Below are positions 26,918 through 37,894 of a stretch of 51,107 nucleotides of DNA, one piece after another. Source of the stretch: an uncultured Acidimicrobiia bacterium (GTDB lineage: Bacteria > Actinomycetota > Acidimicrobiia > Spongiisociales > UBA5794); the NCBI GenBank assembly GCA_965368815.1, contig CBDUOH010000004.1:1-51107 (forward strand), in the 5' to 3' direction. Position numbers and translations under genes: made by a program. The first letter of the stretch is position 1; each line of letters opens with the position of its first letter. The notes below the pieces were generated by a model. The model searched no databases and was not told the DNA's origin. It saw nothing but the letters and a program-made list of their open reading frames with translations.

Positions 26918-28605
26918 CCGAAGCCAACGGGGCGTTCGCTTTCGGAACCGGCCCCCGGACCGTCAGTGCTCCACGGGGCACAGAGCTGGTCACGAAGGGT
27001 TGGCTCCAGGAGGCCGCCCTGCGGTGCCTGCTCAACAACCTCGACCCGGAGGTCGCAGAGATCCCGCTCGACCTCGTGGTGTACGGCGGTCGAGGCAAGG
27101 CTGCCCGCAACTGGGAGTCGTTCGACGCCATCGTCCGCAGCCTCACAGACCTTGAATCGGACGAGACCCTCCTCATCCAGTCCGGCAAACCGGTCGGCCG
27201 GTTCCGAACCCACGCGATGGCACCGCGGGTCCTGATAGCGAACTCGAACCTCGTTCCCGATTGGGCGAACTGGAAGACCTTCTGGGATCTCGAAGATGCG
27301 GGCCTGATGATGTACGGGCAGATGACTGCCGGGTCGTGGATCTACATCGGAACCCAGGGGATCCTCCAAGGCACCTACCAGACCTTCGTCGCGATCGCTG
27401 ATCTGCGATTCGGTGGGACGCTCAAGGGGACGCTCACCCTGACAGCCGGTCTCGGTGGCATGGGTGGTGCCCAACCACTTGCCGTGACGATGAACGAGGG
27501 CGTATGCCTGGCCGTGGACATCGACCCGGCGCGGATCCACAAACGCCTCGACACCCGTTATCTCGACGAGATCGCTGAATCGGTGGACGCTGGCGTCGCA
27601 CGTGCTCTGCAGGCGAAGGCCTCAGGCGAGGCGGTGTCGATCGGCGTCGTCGGCAATGCCGCCGACGTGTTCCAGGATCTTCTCGATCAGGGCATCGACA
27701 TCGACATCGTGACGGATCAGACGTCGGCGCACGACCCGCTCAATGGCTATGTGCCCACCGGTATGACGTTGGAGGAAGCTGGTGCGCTGCGTGCCGAGGA
27801 ACCCGAGGAATATGTCGAGCTCGCGCGCGCCTCGATGGCAAAGCACTGCAGAGCGATGGTCGGATGGCAGAACGCCGGCGCCGAGGTGTTCGACTATGGC
27901 AACAACCTGCGTGGTGAAGCCGTCGAAGGCGGATTCGAGGATGCGTTCGCCTATCCCGGATTCGTGCCGGCGTACATCCGCGACCTGTTCTGTGAAGGGC
28001 TTGGCCCGTTCCGCTGGGTCGCGCTGTCCGGGGATCCTGCGGACATCAGCGCGACAGACGATGCGTTGCGCGATCTGTTCCCGGACAACGCACCGTTGCT
28101 CCGTTGGCTCGACATGGCCGAGGAGCGCATCGAGTATCAGGGCCTGCCGGCGCGGATTTGTTGGCTCGGCTACGGGGAGCGACACAAAGCCGGGCTTGCG
28201 TTCAACGAACTCGTGAGATCCGGGAAGGTCAGCGCCCCGATCGTCATCGGGCGTGACCATCTCGATTCGGGTTCGGTGGCCTCGCCGTATCGCGAGACCG
28301 AGGACATGCTCGATGGGTCCGATGCTGTTGCCGACTGGCCGATCCTCAACGCGCTGGTGGCGAGTGCATCGGGAGCAGCGTGGGTGGCTGTTCACCACGG
28401 TGGAGGTGTCGGGATGGGCAAGTCGATCCATGCGGGAGCCCAGGTCGTGGCAGATGGCACCGACGAAGGCGCCCTCCGCATCGAGCGCGTGCTGACGAAC
28501 GATCCGGGCATGGGAGTCATCCGGCATGCGGACGCTGGTTACGACAAGGCCATTGCGGTGGCACGCGAGCGAGGCGTGACGATCCCGATGCTCGGCGAAT
28601 CGTGA
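26914..28605 (+). CDS. hutU: Urocanate hydratase
   Basis: [46 protein letters not shown]. Confidence 0.98.
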   Translation: MTEANGAFAFGTGPRTVSAPRGTELVTKGWLQEAALRCLLNNLDPEVAEIPLDLVVYGGRGKAARNWESFDAIVRSLTDLESDETLLIQSGKPVGRFRTHAMAPRVLIANSNLVPDWANWKTFWDLEDAGLMMYGQMTAGSWIYIGTQGILQGTYQTFVAIADLRFGGTLKGTLTLTAGLGGMGGAQPLAVTMNEGVCLAVDIDPARIHKRLDTRYLDEIAESVDAGVARALQAKASGEAVSIGVVGNAADVFQDLLDQGIDIDIVTDQTSAHDPLNGYVPTGMTLEEAGALRAEEPEEYVELARASMAKHCRAMVGWQNAGAEVFDYGNNLRGEAVEGGFEDAFAYPGFVPAYIRDLFCEGLGPFRWVALSGDPADISATDDALRDLFPDNAPLLRWLDMAEERIEYQGLPARICWLGYGERHKAGLAFNELVRSGKVSAPIVIGRDHLDSGSVASPYRETEDMLDGSDAVADWPILNALVASASGAAWVAVHHGGGVGMGKSIHAGAQVVADGTDEGALRIERVLTNDPGMGVIRHADAGYDKAIAVARERGVTIPMLGES

Positions 28606-28615
28606 CGGTGTCGTC

Positions 28616-29833
28616 GTGAGTGACCTCGTCCTGGCCAACATCGGCGAGCTCACCACCAATCACCCCGCTCGCGGCGATCTGCTCGGATCGATGGTTGATG
28701 CTGCGGTCGCGGTTCGCAACGGGATCGTCGACTGGGTGGGGGCAACCGAGGATCTCCCGTCTGAGTATGCGTCCCTGCCGTTGTTCGATGCGATGGGGGC
28801 AGCCGTTGTACCCGGCTTCGTCGACGCGCACACACACGCTGTGTTCGGAGGTGACCGTGCCCATGAACACGCCATGCGCCTCGGCGGCGCCACATACGCC
28901 GAAATCCAGGCCGCCGGTGGAGGCATCTATGCCACAGTCGAGGCCACGCGACAGCTGCCCAAGCGGACGTTGGTGGTCGAATCCCATGATCGTCTGAGCA
29001 GGATGTTGGCGGCAGGCACCACGACCGTTGAGGTGAAGACCGGGTACGGACTCGACATCGAGACCGAGATGAAGATGCTTGATGTCATCGATGCCCTTTC
29101 GACGAGTCTGCCGATCGACATCGTGGCAACCTTCCTGGGTGCCCATGTCGTCGCACCCGAATACCGCGCGGATCGTCAGGGCTATGTCGATCTCGTCTCC
29201 GGGGAGATGCTCGAGGCCGTCAGGAGCAGGGTGTCGTTCGTCGATGTGTTCTGCGACGACGTCGCCTTCTCGGTGGCTGAGGCGGACCAGATCACAGCGG
29301 CAGCGATGAAGGCAGGTCTCGGCATCAGGCTTCATGCCGACCAGACATCCCACTCGGGCGGCTCGGCTCTCGCTGCCCGAATCGGTGCGACGGCGGTGGA
29401 CCATGTCGACCACGCAACCGATCAGGATCTCGCCGACCTCGCACGGGCAGGCACGGTCGTCGTGCTGCTGCCGGCGGTGTCGATGATGATGCACGAGCCC
29501 TACCCGGATGCGAAGCGGTTCCTCGACGCCGGCATCACCGTTGCGATCGCGACGGACTGCAATCCGGGAACCGCGAACGTCGAGACGATGCCGTTCGTCA
29601 TGGCGCTCGCGGCAACATCGTGTGGCATGTCGCCAGCACAGGCGCTGTGGTCAGCAACGGCGGGAGGTGCCGCTGCTCTTGGTCTCGAGGATCGCGGTGT
29701 GGTTGCGCCGGGGATGGTCGCCGACCTTGTGGTGCTCGACGCTCCATCCCATGAACACCTCGCGTACCGCCCCGACGCCGACCTTGTCCTTCGCGTGGTC
29801 AAGCGGGGCACGCTCGTACAGAGGACGGGCTGA
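28616..29833 (+). CDS. hutI: Imidazolonepropionase
   Basis: PGFVDAHTH, GGGIYATV, GTTTVEVKTGYGL, HADQ, ATDCNPG. Confidence 0.96.
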   Translation: MSDLVLANIGELTTNHPARGDLLGSMVDAAVAVRNGIVDWVGATEDLPSEYASLPLFDAMGAAVVPGFVDAHTHAVFGGDRAHEHAMRLGGATYAEIQAAGGGIYATVEATRQLPKRTLVVESHDRLSRMLAAGTTTVEVKTGYGLDIETEMKMLDVIDALSTSLPIDIVATFLGAHVVAPEYRADRQGYVDLVSGEMLEAVRSRVSFVDVFCDDVAFSVAEADQITAAAMKAGLGIRLHADQTSHSGGSALAARIGATAVDHVDHATDQDLADLARAGTVVVLLPAVSMMMHEPYPDAKRFLDAGITVAIATDCNPGTANVETMPFVMALAATSCGMSPAQALWSATAGGAAALGLEDRGVVAPGMVADLVVLDAPSHEHLAYRPDADLVLRVVKRGTLVQRTG

Positions 29834-29899
29834 CTCGGGTCGGGTTGCCGGAACCTCACCGCGGCGTTCGCTGCCCATCCAGCGCTCTACCCTTTCGGC

Positions 29900-30697
29900 A
29901 TGTCAGGCCGTCCCTATCTCGCCCGCGAACATCCGATTCGCCTTGCCCATCGCGGCAGTCGCGTCCTGTGGCCGGAGAACACGCACCATGCGTTCCGCGG
30001 TGCGGTCGAACTCGGCTATCGCTACATCGAGACCGATATCCGGATTACCCGTGACGGCGTGGTGGTCGTGTTCCACGACGAGACGCTCGAACGGACGACG
30101 AACGGCGTCGGTGCCGTTGCCGATTGGCACTGGGACGACCTTCGCCACCTTGATGCGGCGTACAACTTCAGCCCGGACGGGGAGTCGTTCCCCCTCAGGG
30201 GTCAAGGGATCGGGATCTCACGGCTTGCCGACACATTCGACGAGTTCCCCGACATCAACTTCAACATCGATCTCAAGGCGAAGCACGCCGAATGGCCCGT
30301 GGCTGACGTGATTGTTGCCAAGAAGAGATTCGATTCCGTGCTCGTGGGTGGATTCCTCGATAACCGCACATCACGGTTCTCACGCATCACGAAGGGCAAG
30401 GTCGCAACGTCGGCTGGTTCAGCCGGGGCGATGGCCATGTACGCGGCGTCGCGCATCGGTCGTTCGTCGCGTCGGAACTTCGATGCGTATCAGCTGCCTG
30501 CAGCGTCTCGTGGAGTGACGATCGACGCCAAGCTCGTTGATGCGATCCATGCGGCAGACGCGCATCTTCATGTTTGGACCGTGAACGATGCCGACGAGAT
30601 GCGGGCACTCCTGGATCTCGGTGTCGACGGTATCGTGACGGATCGACCAGATGTGTTGAACGACGTGCTCGAGGAGAGAACGAATGACACCGGGTGA
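29900..30697 (+). CDS. Glycerophosphodiester phosphodiesterase
   Basis: AHRG, PENT, IETD, HDETLERTT, HVWTVND, GVDGIVTDRP. Confidence 0.93.
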   Translation: MSGRPYLAREHPIRLAHRGSRVLWPENTHHAFRGAVELGYRYIETDIRITRDGVVVVFHDETLERTTNGVGAVADWHWDDLRHLDAAYNFSPDGESFPLRGQGIGISRLADTFDEFPDINFNIDLKAKHAEWPVADVIVAKKRFDSVLVGGFLDNRTSRFSRITKGKVATSAGSAGAMAMYAASRIGRSSRRNFDAYQLPAASRGVTIDAKLVDAIHAADAHLHVWTVNDADEMRALLDLGVDGIVTDRPDVLNDVLEERTNDTG

Positions 30698-31265
30698 ACC
30701 AATCGGGCCGATCGTGCGCATGCAGGTCCAGACCCTTCCCATCAAGAAGAAGGGTGAAGGGTATCTCCCGGAGTACATCATGGAAGTGCCATCGGCTGCA
30801 GTCGATGCGTGGGGCATGATCGCCCGACAGGGTGACCACTGGATCATCGATGCCCATCACAAGTCGCACCCGATGAGCCGGGCCGGCGGCCGGAGACCCC
30901 TTTCGATCGGCTTCACGGGCCATTATGCGCTCATGGGTCAACGGTTCGGACAGGCCCCTCTCGGAATCGCCGGTGAGAACATCATCGTGGACGGGCCCGC
31001 ATTGGCCCTGGAAGATCTCGGAGACGGCCTGATCATCGAGACATCGACCGGCGAGTTCGTTGAGCTTGACCGCCCGCGCGTTGCCGCACCGTGTATTGAG
31101 TTCACGAGCTTCATGCTCGGGCTTGATCATGTGGCTCCGCTCGATGAGATCGAGGATGCACTCGCCGAGTTGCACGACGGTCGCAGGGGCTTCATCGTCG
31201 CAGCGGACCACCAGTCCCAACCAGTGACAGTTTCGGTCGGTGACACGGTGTATCACCGGGGCTAG
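30684..31265 (+). CDS. MOSC-like domain protein
   Basis: GIAGENIIVDG and RVAAPC resemble MOSC motifs; overlaps the GDPD stop. Confidence 0.6.
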   Translation: MTPGEPIGPIVRMQVQTLPIKKKGEGYLPEYIMEVPSAAVDAWGMIARQGDHWIIDAHHKSHPMSRAGGRRPLSIGFTGHYALMGQRFGQAPLGIAGENIIVDGPALALEDLGDGLIIETSTGEFVELDRPRVAAPCIEFTSFMLGLDHVAPLDEIEDALAELHDGRRGFIVAADHQSQPVTVSVGDTVYHRG

Positions 31266-31274
31266 CCCGTCGAT

Positions 31275-31634
31275 TCAGTCGATGCGGAACGGAATCCCGT
31301 TCATCATGACGATGCAGTCGATTGCCGCGTCCCGTGCCTGGTCGAACGTGAGTGCATCGAAGACCTCGTACGGCTCACCGTTGTGTTGCTGGTACACCGT
31401 GTAGCCCTCAGGTCGCTCAAGGATGTACAACCCGTTCCTCGGTCCTGGGATCGTCATGCCGAGTGCGAGCAGCGCCGCGTCGTCGGGCACCTCGGAAATC
31501 AGGTCGATGCGTTCGACGGTGAGGGCCGCAGCGAAGTCAGAACCTGTTGTTGCGTGATGCCCGAGCATCGAGGACGCGAGAGTCCGCGCCTTGAACTTCA
31601 GTATCGCCTGAGCTTGTTCTTGTCGCGTGTACAT
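31275..31634 (-). CDS. Hypothetical protein
   Basis: Coding-like composition; TAGGCT 7 nt before the ATG. Confidence 0.7.
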   Translation of the reverse strand: MYTRQEQAQAILKFKARTLASSMLGHHATTGSDFAAALTVERIDLISEVPDDAALLALGMTIPGPRNGLYILERPEGYTVYQQHNGEPYEVFDALTFDQARDAAIDCIVMMNGIPFRID

Positions 31635-31676
31635 AGGGCGCAGCCTACGCCGACACAATGCTGCTCGGGCTCGGCG

Positions 31677-32285
31677 CTATGCCGACGGGACCACCGGTCG
31701 GAACGAGGGGCGCTCGGACTCGTACGTGTCGATGTCGGCGACGTGTTCGAGTGAGAGGGCGATGTGGTCGAGGCCGTTGAGTAGGCAGTGTTTGGTGAAC
31801 TCGTCAATCTCGAATCTCGCTTCGAATCCCGGGGCGGTCACGGTCTGTTTCGCCAGGTCAACCGTCACTTCGTTCGGCGTCGATCCGGCAATCGCGAGAA
31901 GCTCGGTGATCTCTGCCTCGTCAAGTTCGATTGCCAGCAGTCCGATCTTTGCACAGTTGCCCTTGAAGATATCTGCGAACGACTGGGCTATCACCGCCTT
32001 GAAACCCCAGTCCTCGAGAGCCCACGGGGCGTGTTCGCGTGAGGAACCCGATCCGAAGTTCGGTCCGGTCACGAGAATCTGCGCGTCGGCATACTGCGGC
32101 TTGTTCAGCACGAAATCGGGATCGATCTCACCCTCGTGGTCTGCCTTCCAGTCGAAGAACAGGAACTCGCCGAACCCCGACCGCTCGACACGCTTGAGGA
32201 ACTGTTTCGGGATGATCTGATCCGTGTCGATGTTCGCCCGCGGTAGGGGAGCAGCGGTGCCCGAGATGGTGGATACCGGTTTCAT
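31677..32285 (-). CDS. leuD: 3-isopropylmalate dehydratase small subunit
   Basis: [29 protein letters not shown]. Confidence 0.97.
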   Translation of the reverse strand: MKPVSTISGTAAPLPRANIDTDQIIPKQFLKRVERSGFGEFLFFDWKADHEGEIDPDFVLNKPQYADAQILVTGPNFGSGSSREHAPWALEDWGFKAVIAQSFADIFKGNCAKIGLLAIELDEAEITELLAIAGSTPNEVTVDLAKQTVTAPGFEARFEIDEFTKHCLLNGLDHIALSLEHVADIDTYESERPSFRPVVPSA

Positions 32286-33691
32286 GCGCTCTCCTTGCTG
32301 ACGTCGACGAAGTGGCCGGCTATGGCCGCTGCGGCTGCCATCGCCGGTGAGACGAGGTGGGTGCGACCGTCGCGCCCCTGTCGACCCTCGAAGTTGCGGT
32401 TCGATGTCGACGCGGCCCGTTCGCCCGGTTCGAGCCGATCGGGGTTCATGGCAAGGCACATCGAACAGCCGGCCTCACGCCATTCGAGTCCCGCCTCAAC
32501 GAAGATCTTGTCGAGTCCCTCCGCCTCGGCTTGCTCCTTGACGAGGCCGGAACCGGGAACGACGAGACCGGTGACGTGCTCCGAGATGGTGTTCCCTGCA
32601 AGAACGGCTGCTGCTGCCCGGAGATCCTCGATACGTCCGTTGGTGCACGATCCGATGAACACGCGATCGATCTCGATTTCGGTGATCGGCGTGCCCGCCT
32701 CCAGATCCATGTATGCGAGCGCACGCTCGATCGAGTCCCGCTCGACCGGATCGGTCACGTCGTCCGGTGAAGGTATCGATGCCGAGACGGGGAGCGTCTG
32801 GCCCGGGTTCGTGCCCCACGACACGTATGGCTCGAGCGTCGTGGCGTCGATGACGAGCTCAGCGTCGAACGTTGCGTCGTCGTCGGTTCGGAGCGTTCTC
32901 CACAGGTCGAGGGCATCGTCCCAATCCGATCCCTGTGGAGCCATCGGACGACCCTTGAGGTACGCGAACGTGGTTTCGTCCGGAGCAATCATCCCAGCTC
33001 GGGCGCCCGCCTCGATGCTCATGTTGCAGATGGTCATCCGCCCCTCCATCGATAGGTTCTCGATGGTGGATCCGCGGTACTCAAGGACATAACCGGTGGC
33101 CCCGGCCGTCCCGATCTCAGCAATGACGGCAAGAATGATGTCTTTCGCGGTGACCCCGGTCGGGAGCTCCCCATCGACGGTGATGGCCATCGACTTGGCC
33201 TTCCGCTGCTGGAGTGTCTGGGTCGCCAGGACGTGTTCAACCTCAGATGTGCCGATACCGAACGCAAGAGCACCGAACGCACCGTGGGTGGCCGTGTGGG
33301 AATCACCGCACACGATTGTCATGCCCGGCTGCGTGATGCCTTGTTCGGGTCCGATCACATGGACGATGCCTTGGCGTTTGTCGTCGATGTCGAACAGTTT
33401 GATACCCGTCGATGCCGTGTTCCTGCGGAGGGTGTCGATCTGCTTCACCGACATCGGGTCTTCGATTCCCTGTTCTCGCGGTGTCGTGGGCACAGCGTGG
33501 TCGATGGTCGCAAGCGTGAGGTCCGGTCGGCGGACGGTGCGATTGCTGATCGAGATCGACTCGAACGCCTGCGGTGACGTGACTTCGTGAACGAGGTGGA
33601 GATCTATGTAGATCAGGGCAGGTCCGTCGTCGTCCTGACGGACGACGTGGCTGTCCCACACCTTGTCAAACAACGTTCTTGGCTGTGGCAT
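32282..33691 (-). CDS. leuC: 3-isopropylmalate dehydratase large subunit
   Basis: [47 protein letters not shown]. Confidence 0.98.
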   Translation of the reverse strand: MPQPRTLFDKVWDSHVVRQDDDGPALIYIDLHLVHEVTSPQAFESISISNRTVRRPDLTLATIDHAVPTTPREQGIEDPMSVKQIDTLRRNTASTGIKLFDIDDKRQGIVHVIGPEQGITQPGMTIVCGDSHTATHGAFGALAFGIGTSEVEHVLATQTLQQRKAKSMAITVDGELPTGVTAKDIILAVIAEIGTAGATGYVLEYRGSTIENLSMEGRMTICNMSIEAGARAGMIAPDETTFAYLKGRPMAPQGSDWDDALDLWRTLRTDDDATFDAELVIDATTLEPYVSWGTNPGQTLPVSASIPSPDDVTDPVERDSIERALAYMDLEAGTPITEIEIDRVFIGSCTNGRIEDLRAAAAVLAGNTISEHVTGLVVPGSGLVKEQAEAEGLDKIFVEAGLEWREAGCSMCLAMNPDRLEPGERAASTSNRNFEGRQGRDGRTHLVSPAMAAAAAIAGHFVDVSKESA

Positions 33692-33782
33692 GTGACTCCT
33701 GGAGCGGGTCGGGGCAAGGGTAGGCGTTCAATGGCGCCTTCGATAAACCGACGTTCCGCGTGGGCATACCTACGCTCCTGAT

Positions 33783-34304
33783 GTGCCCTGGATTCTCGGA
33801 CTCCTCGCGTCGGTCGTTCTCGCTGCCCCGTTCGGGTCTGCCAGTGCGGCTGCCGTTGGCGACACGAACGGCCTCGAGGTGCTTGTCACCGTCGAGTACG
33901 AGTCCGGCGCCGAGGCAGTCATCGCTCGCCCCTTCTCCCAGTTCGAGGAGTTACCGCCGACGGCAATGGTCGACAACGGGGACGGCACATGGACGACCGT
34001 CGTCCGTCTGCCGACGTTCGAGAACTGGACAGTGGCGTTCGAGGCGTTTCCCGCCGGTGGGGGTTCGGATGTCTCCGATGGCGCTACGTTGATCGACATG
34101 GGTGTCGACCCGGTGGTAGTCACCCCGGACGTCGAGGCTCCGCTGCCCGCAGACCCGCTGATCCCCGACGGTTCGTGGTGGCTCATCATCGGCATCGGCC
34201 TTGCCATCGCCGCACTGATTGCCCTCAGCGTCTGGACATTCGGCGGAGACCCCGATGACGGGACATCCGCAACGGACGACGAGTTGGAGACCCCGGGGGA
34301 CTGA
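33783..34304 (+). CDS. Exported, C-terminally anchored hypothetical protein
   Basis: Signal peptide plus C-terminal TM; TACGCT 6 nt before GTG. Confidence 0.75.
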   Translation: MPWILGLLASVVLAAPFGSASAAAVGDTNGLEVLVTVEYESGAEAVIARPFSQFEELPPTAMVDNGDGTWTTVVRLPTFENWTVAFEAFPAGGGSDVSDGATLIDMGVDPVVVTPDVEAPLPADPLIPDGSWWLIIGIGLAIAALIALSVWTFGGDPDDGTSATDDELETPGD

Positions 34305-34308
34305 TCCC

Positions 34309-34352
34309 TTGACAAATGGTCGGGATTCGCCGAATATTCGTGTTCTCCCGAC
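34309..34352 (+). promoter_or_regulatory. Promoter with overlapping inverted-repeat operator
   Basis: TTGACA at 34309; GTCGGGA-N5-CGAATATTCG-N5-TCCCGAC (34319-34352) centred on the -10 region. Confidence 0.7.
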
Positions 34353-34957
34353 AAGCGAGGTCGATCATCGGCTCACCTGCACCGAAGGAACGTGACCAAC
34401 TCGGCCACACCCTCGACTACGACCTGGAACCAGCTGTTGTCGTGTCGACGACGGCTCAGCTCAAGGCGATGGCCGATGATACGAGGGAGGCCATCGTCGG
34501 GTTGCTCTCAGAACGGGCAGCCACCGTGAGTCAGCTCGCTGACATACTCGGGAAGCCGAAAGGCACGGTCGGCTATCACGCCAAGGTGCTTGAGGAGGCC
34601 GGCCTGATCCGGGTCGTCCGGACACGAAAGGTCCGGGCGATGACCGAGAAGTACTACGGCAGGACCGGGAAGACGATCATCTTCGAGCGGTCGCCGAAAG
34701 CGGATGACCCGCTGTGGATGGTCAACGACGCGCTCAGGCACATGACCGTCGATCCTGATGCGCCGTTCCCGATGTTCACGTCGCGCGTCGCGCGCATCCC
34801 ACAGTCCCGGGTTGCCGAGTTCGCCGAACGTGTCGTTGCCCTCGCCGAGGAGTTCCTCGAACTGCCGCGTCAGGGGGACACCGTCTACGGGTTCCTCGCC
34901 GGTGTCTTCCCGACCGATCTACCGACGTTCAAGGATGAGGAGAACGCCGATGAGTAG
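34340..34957 (+). CDS. ArsR/SmtB-like winged-helix regulator (start uncertain)
   Basis: LKAMADDTREAIVGLL, ATVSQLA, GTVGYHAKVLEEAGLI, EKYYGR. Confidence 0.85.
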   Translation: MFSRQARSIIGSPAPKERDQLGHTLDYDLEPAVVVSTTAQLKAMADDTREAIVGLLSERAATVSQLADILGKPKGTVGYHAKVLEEAGLIRVVRTRKVRAMTEKYYGRTGKTIIFERSPKADDPLWMVNDALRHMTVDPDAPFPMFTSRVARIPQSRVAEFAERVVALAEEFLELPRQGDTVYGFLAGVFPTDLPTFKDEENADE

Positions 34958-36383
34958 TGAGCAGATGTCGGATCGGGCTGTGGAACCGCGCAAGCCGGCC
35001 CGGGTGCCGCTGGGGATGAACTATTGGAAACTGTGGACGGCAAGTGTCGTATCGAACCTCGGCGACGGTGTTGCCCAGATCGCCTATCCATGGCTGGCGT
35101 CGGCGGTCACCCGTGACCCGGTCCTCATCGCGTTGATCGCGGTCGCCCAACGACTGCCCTGGCTGCTCTTCACGCTCCCGGCCGGCGTGATCACCGATCG
35201 GGTGGATCGCAAGAAGATCATGTCGTGGACTTCGGTGTTCCGGACCGTGCTCACCGGTCTTGTGACGGTGGTCGTCCTGATGCAGACGGACATGCTCCCG
35301 ACACCGTCCGAGATCGTCGACGGTGCGGAGTTCTCCACGAACCTGTTCGTCTACGGGACGTTGCTGGTTGCATCGTTGTTGTTCGGCATGGCCGAGGTCC
35401 TGTTCGACAATTCAGCCCAGACGATTCTGCCTGCGATCGTCGAGCCGGAAGGACTCGAGAAGGCCAACGGCCGGCTCTGGGGTGCCGAGATGGTCGCCAA
35501 CTCGTTTGCGGGGCCACCGCTGGGAAGCGTGATGATCGGAGTTGCCTTCGCACTCCCGTTCTTCTTCGACATGGGGACCTTTGCCGTCGCGGCGGTCTTC
35601 ATCTTCCTGCTGACCGGAGCGTTCGCATCGCCGACCGAGTCCGGTGTCGCTCATACCGGCAAGCGGGCCAAGGGCAGTTTCGTGGCAGACATCAAGCAAG
35701 GGGTGTCGTGGCTTTGGGGTCATTCGTTGCTTCGGCCGATGGCGATCATCCTCGGCTTGCTCAATGGATTGGGTGCGGTGACCGCTGCGACCTTCATCCT
35801 CTTCGCGCAAGAAGTGCTCGGCGTCGATGCCTTCACGTTCGCGCTGCTCGGAGTGGCAGGAGCGGTCGGTGGGGTCGTCGGTTCCGTCGCGGCACCCAGG
35901 ATCTCTGAGAAACTCGGATCGGGTACGTCGCTGTATCTCACGCTCGCCGGTCAGGCGGTACTCACCGCCGCGATCGGCATTTCATCCAACTGGGTTGTCG
36001 TTGCCTTGCTCTTTGGTGTGTTCACCGTCACTGCGGTGTTGTGGAACGTGATCACCGTGTCGTTGCGGCAGACCATCATCCCGGATCACCTGCTCGGGCG
36101 GGTCAACAGCGTGTATCGGTTCTTTGCGTGGGGCATGATGCCGATCGGGCTCGGCATCGGTGGGCTCCTCGTCTCGCTCGGGGAGGCGACAGGGCTGTCG
36201 CGCTCGACGTCATTGAGACTTCCGTACTTCGTAGCGGCGGTGGCGGCGCTCATCATGTTCTTCTGGGCGGCCCCGAAACTCACGACCGACAAGATCGAGG
36301 CAGCTCGCGCCGAAGGCGTGGCCCAGCGTCAGGCTCGGAAGGCCGCGAAGGCCCAGGGCGAGGATGCATCGGAACCACAGTGA
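34950..36383 (+). CDS. MFS transporter (efflux type)
   Basis: KLWTASVVSNLGDG, AGVITDRVDRKK, LRQTIIPDHLLGRVNS; 12-TM pattern. Confidence 0.93.
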   Translation: MSSEQMSDRAVEPRKPARVPLGMNYWKLWTASVVSNLGDGVAQIAYPWLASAVTRDPVLIALIAVAQRLPWLLFTLPAGVITDRVDRKKIMSWTSVFRTVLTGLVTVVVLMQTDMLPTPSEIVDGAEFSTNLFVYGTLLVASLLFGMAEVLFDNSAQTILPAIVEPEGLEKANGRLWGAEMVANSFAGPPLGSVMIGVAFALPFFFDMGTFAVAAVFIFLLTGAFASPTESGVAHTGKRAKGSFVADIKQGVSWLWGHSLLRPMAIILGLLNGLGAVTAATFILFAQEVLGVDAFTFALLGVAGAVGGVVGSVAAPRISEKLGSGTSLYLTLAGQAVLTAAIGISSNWVVVALLFGVFTVTAVLWNVITVSLRQTIIPDHLLGRVNSVYRFFAWGMMPIGLGIGGLLVSLGEATGLSRSTSLRLPYFVAAVAALIMFFWAAPKLTTDKIEAARAEGVAQRQARKAAKAQGEDASEPQ

Positions 36384-36437
36384 TGGTGACGCGGAACGCG
36401 GTCACACGCCATTTGATCAAGCCGTCGATGGCTGCGT

Positions 36438-37220
36438 CTAGGACCGCTTCCGGGTTGCCGCGTAGAACGCAGCGGCACCGAGCGCTGCTGCCCCCGCGCC
36501 CGCTGCGACCCATGCCTTCTTCGGCGGAGCAGGAACCCTTGGGCCGAGGCTGACGGGACGCTGGAACTCAAGAATGCTCCACCCACGTTCGGTCGCTGTT
36601 TCCCTGAGCTCCTTCTCCGGGTTCACGGCCACGGGGTTTCCGACGATCTCGAGCATGGGCAGATCGGTGTAGCTGTCGGTATAGGCGAATGACTTGTCGA
36701 GGTCGATGCCGTCGCGTTCGGCCGCCCGCTTCATGGCGAGTGTCTTGCCCGGGCCCATGACGTACTGCTCGAGTTCCGGGACGTAACGTCCGAGCCCATC
36801 GGTGCGGATCTTCGTGGCGATGACGTTCTCGATCCCGACCATGCGTGCGATTGGTCGAACGAATTCCTCAGGGCTCGCGGACACGACATACACCTCGCGG
36901 CCGGAACGTTGATGTTCGTCGATCAGGAACAGTGCTTCGGCGAATACCAGTGGTTCGATGACCTCATCGAGGGTCTGGGCGACGATCGCATCGATCTCGG
37001 CCTTGTGCCACCCCGACACAAGGTCGAGCATTTCGTTGCGGGCGCGGTCCAAATCGTCCTCGTCGGCGCCGAACAGCATGTAGGACATCTGTGCGATCCC
37101 GAGGCGCACGAGCGTCTTGCGCTGGAGAAAGCCTGCCTTGTACAGCGGCTTGCCGAACGCAAGTGTCGACGATCCGGCGATGATCGTCTTGTCGAGGTCG
37201 AAAAATGCTGCTTCGGTCAT
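36438..37220 (-). CDS. HAD-IB (SerB-like) hydrolase
   Basis: AAFFDLDKTII, VVSAS, AYTDSYTDLPML, PVAVNP; TACAAT 7 nt before the ATG. Confidence 0.93.
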   Translation of the reverse strand: MTEAAFFDLDKTIIAGSSTLAFGKPLYKAGFLQRKTLVRLGIAQMSYMLFGADEDDLDRARNEMLDLVSGWHKAEIDAIVAQTLDEVIEPLVFAEALFLIDEHQRSGREVYVVSASPEEFVRPIARMVGIENVIATKIRTDGLGRYVPELEQYVMGPGKTLAMKRAAERDGIDLDKSFAYTDSYTDLPMLEIVGNPVAVNPEKELRETATERGWSILEFQRPVSLGPRVPAPPKKAWVAAGAGAAALGAAAFYAATRKRS

Positions 37221-37354
37221 GACACGGATTGTATCGGCCGCCAACGATTGCCCCGTGAGCCATTCATCCCGTTCCCATGTCGCACGCACACCTTCAATCG
37301 ATCGAAACCAGCTGATACGGTGACGACACTTCCCTCCTGCACGAGGAGGTTCAT

Positions 37355-37894
37355 CTGTCCGTCGTCGCTCTTTGGTCCGACACCGACCACCTGCTCAGTG
37401 TGCTTGCTCCCCTTGGACTCGCCGTTTCGCGCCCCCCATCTCTCGTCATCGATCTCGACCCCATCGGCCCCTCGTATGACTCGCCGTTCACGCTCGCCGA
37501 CCTCGCCACCGATGGTCCGACCGCAGCCCAACTCAAGCCGGAGCGGAACGGGACGAGCATCCTTCCGAACGGCGGCGTGGCGATCGGTGACGCCGCGGAG
37601 ATCGTGCGGGCGCTCACTCGGACGTGGCCCAACGTGGTGCTTCGCTGCGATCCGAGGTCCGAGCCTCCCGACAGCGCGGTTGCCATTCTCCCGCTCCTAC
37701 CGGGACCCTTTGCGAGCCGACGCGGCCATCGTTCGATCTATCAGGACCTCGGCCTCGGCGTGCAACCACCCGAGGGTGCGTTCATCCTGCCGCGACCGAC
37801 GCCGTCGACACTGCACGCCCTGACAAGGCTCGAGAACGTACCGATCCGATCACGATGGCTGAGGGCGCTTGCGAAGTTGTGGGGATCGCCGTGA
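37355..37894 (+). CDS. Reduced Ssd/CpaE/TadZ-like protein, probable CTG start
   Basis: GAGGAGG-ttcat-CTG; LVIDLDP motif; sits directly upstream of tadA. Confidence 0.65.
   Translation: MSVVALWSDTDHLLSVLAPLGLAVSRPPSLVIDLDPIGPSYDSPFTLADLATDGPTAAQLKPERNGTSILPNGGVAIGDAAEIVRALTRTWPNVVLRCDPRSEPPDSAVAILPLLPGPFASRRGHRSIYQDLGLGVQPPEGAFILPRPTPSTLHALTRLENVPIRSRWLRALAKLWGSP

Noticed and set aside
33692-33782. Leucine attenuator or leader peptide before leuC
   Set aside because: No short Leu-rich ORF or terminator/antiterminator pair is visible
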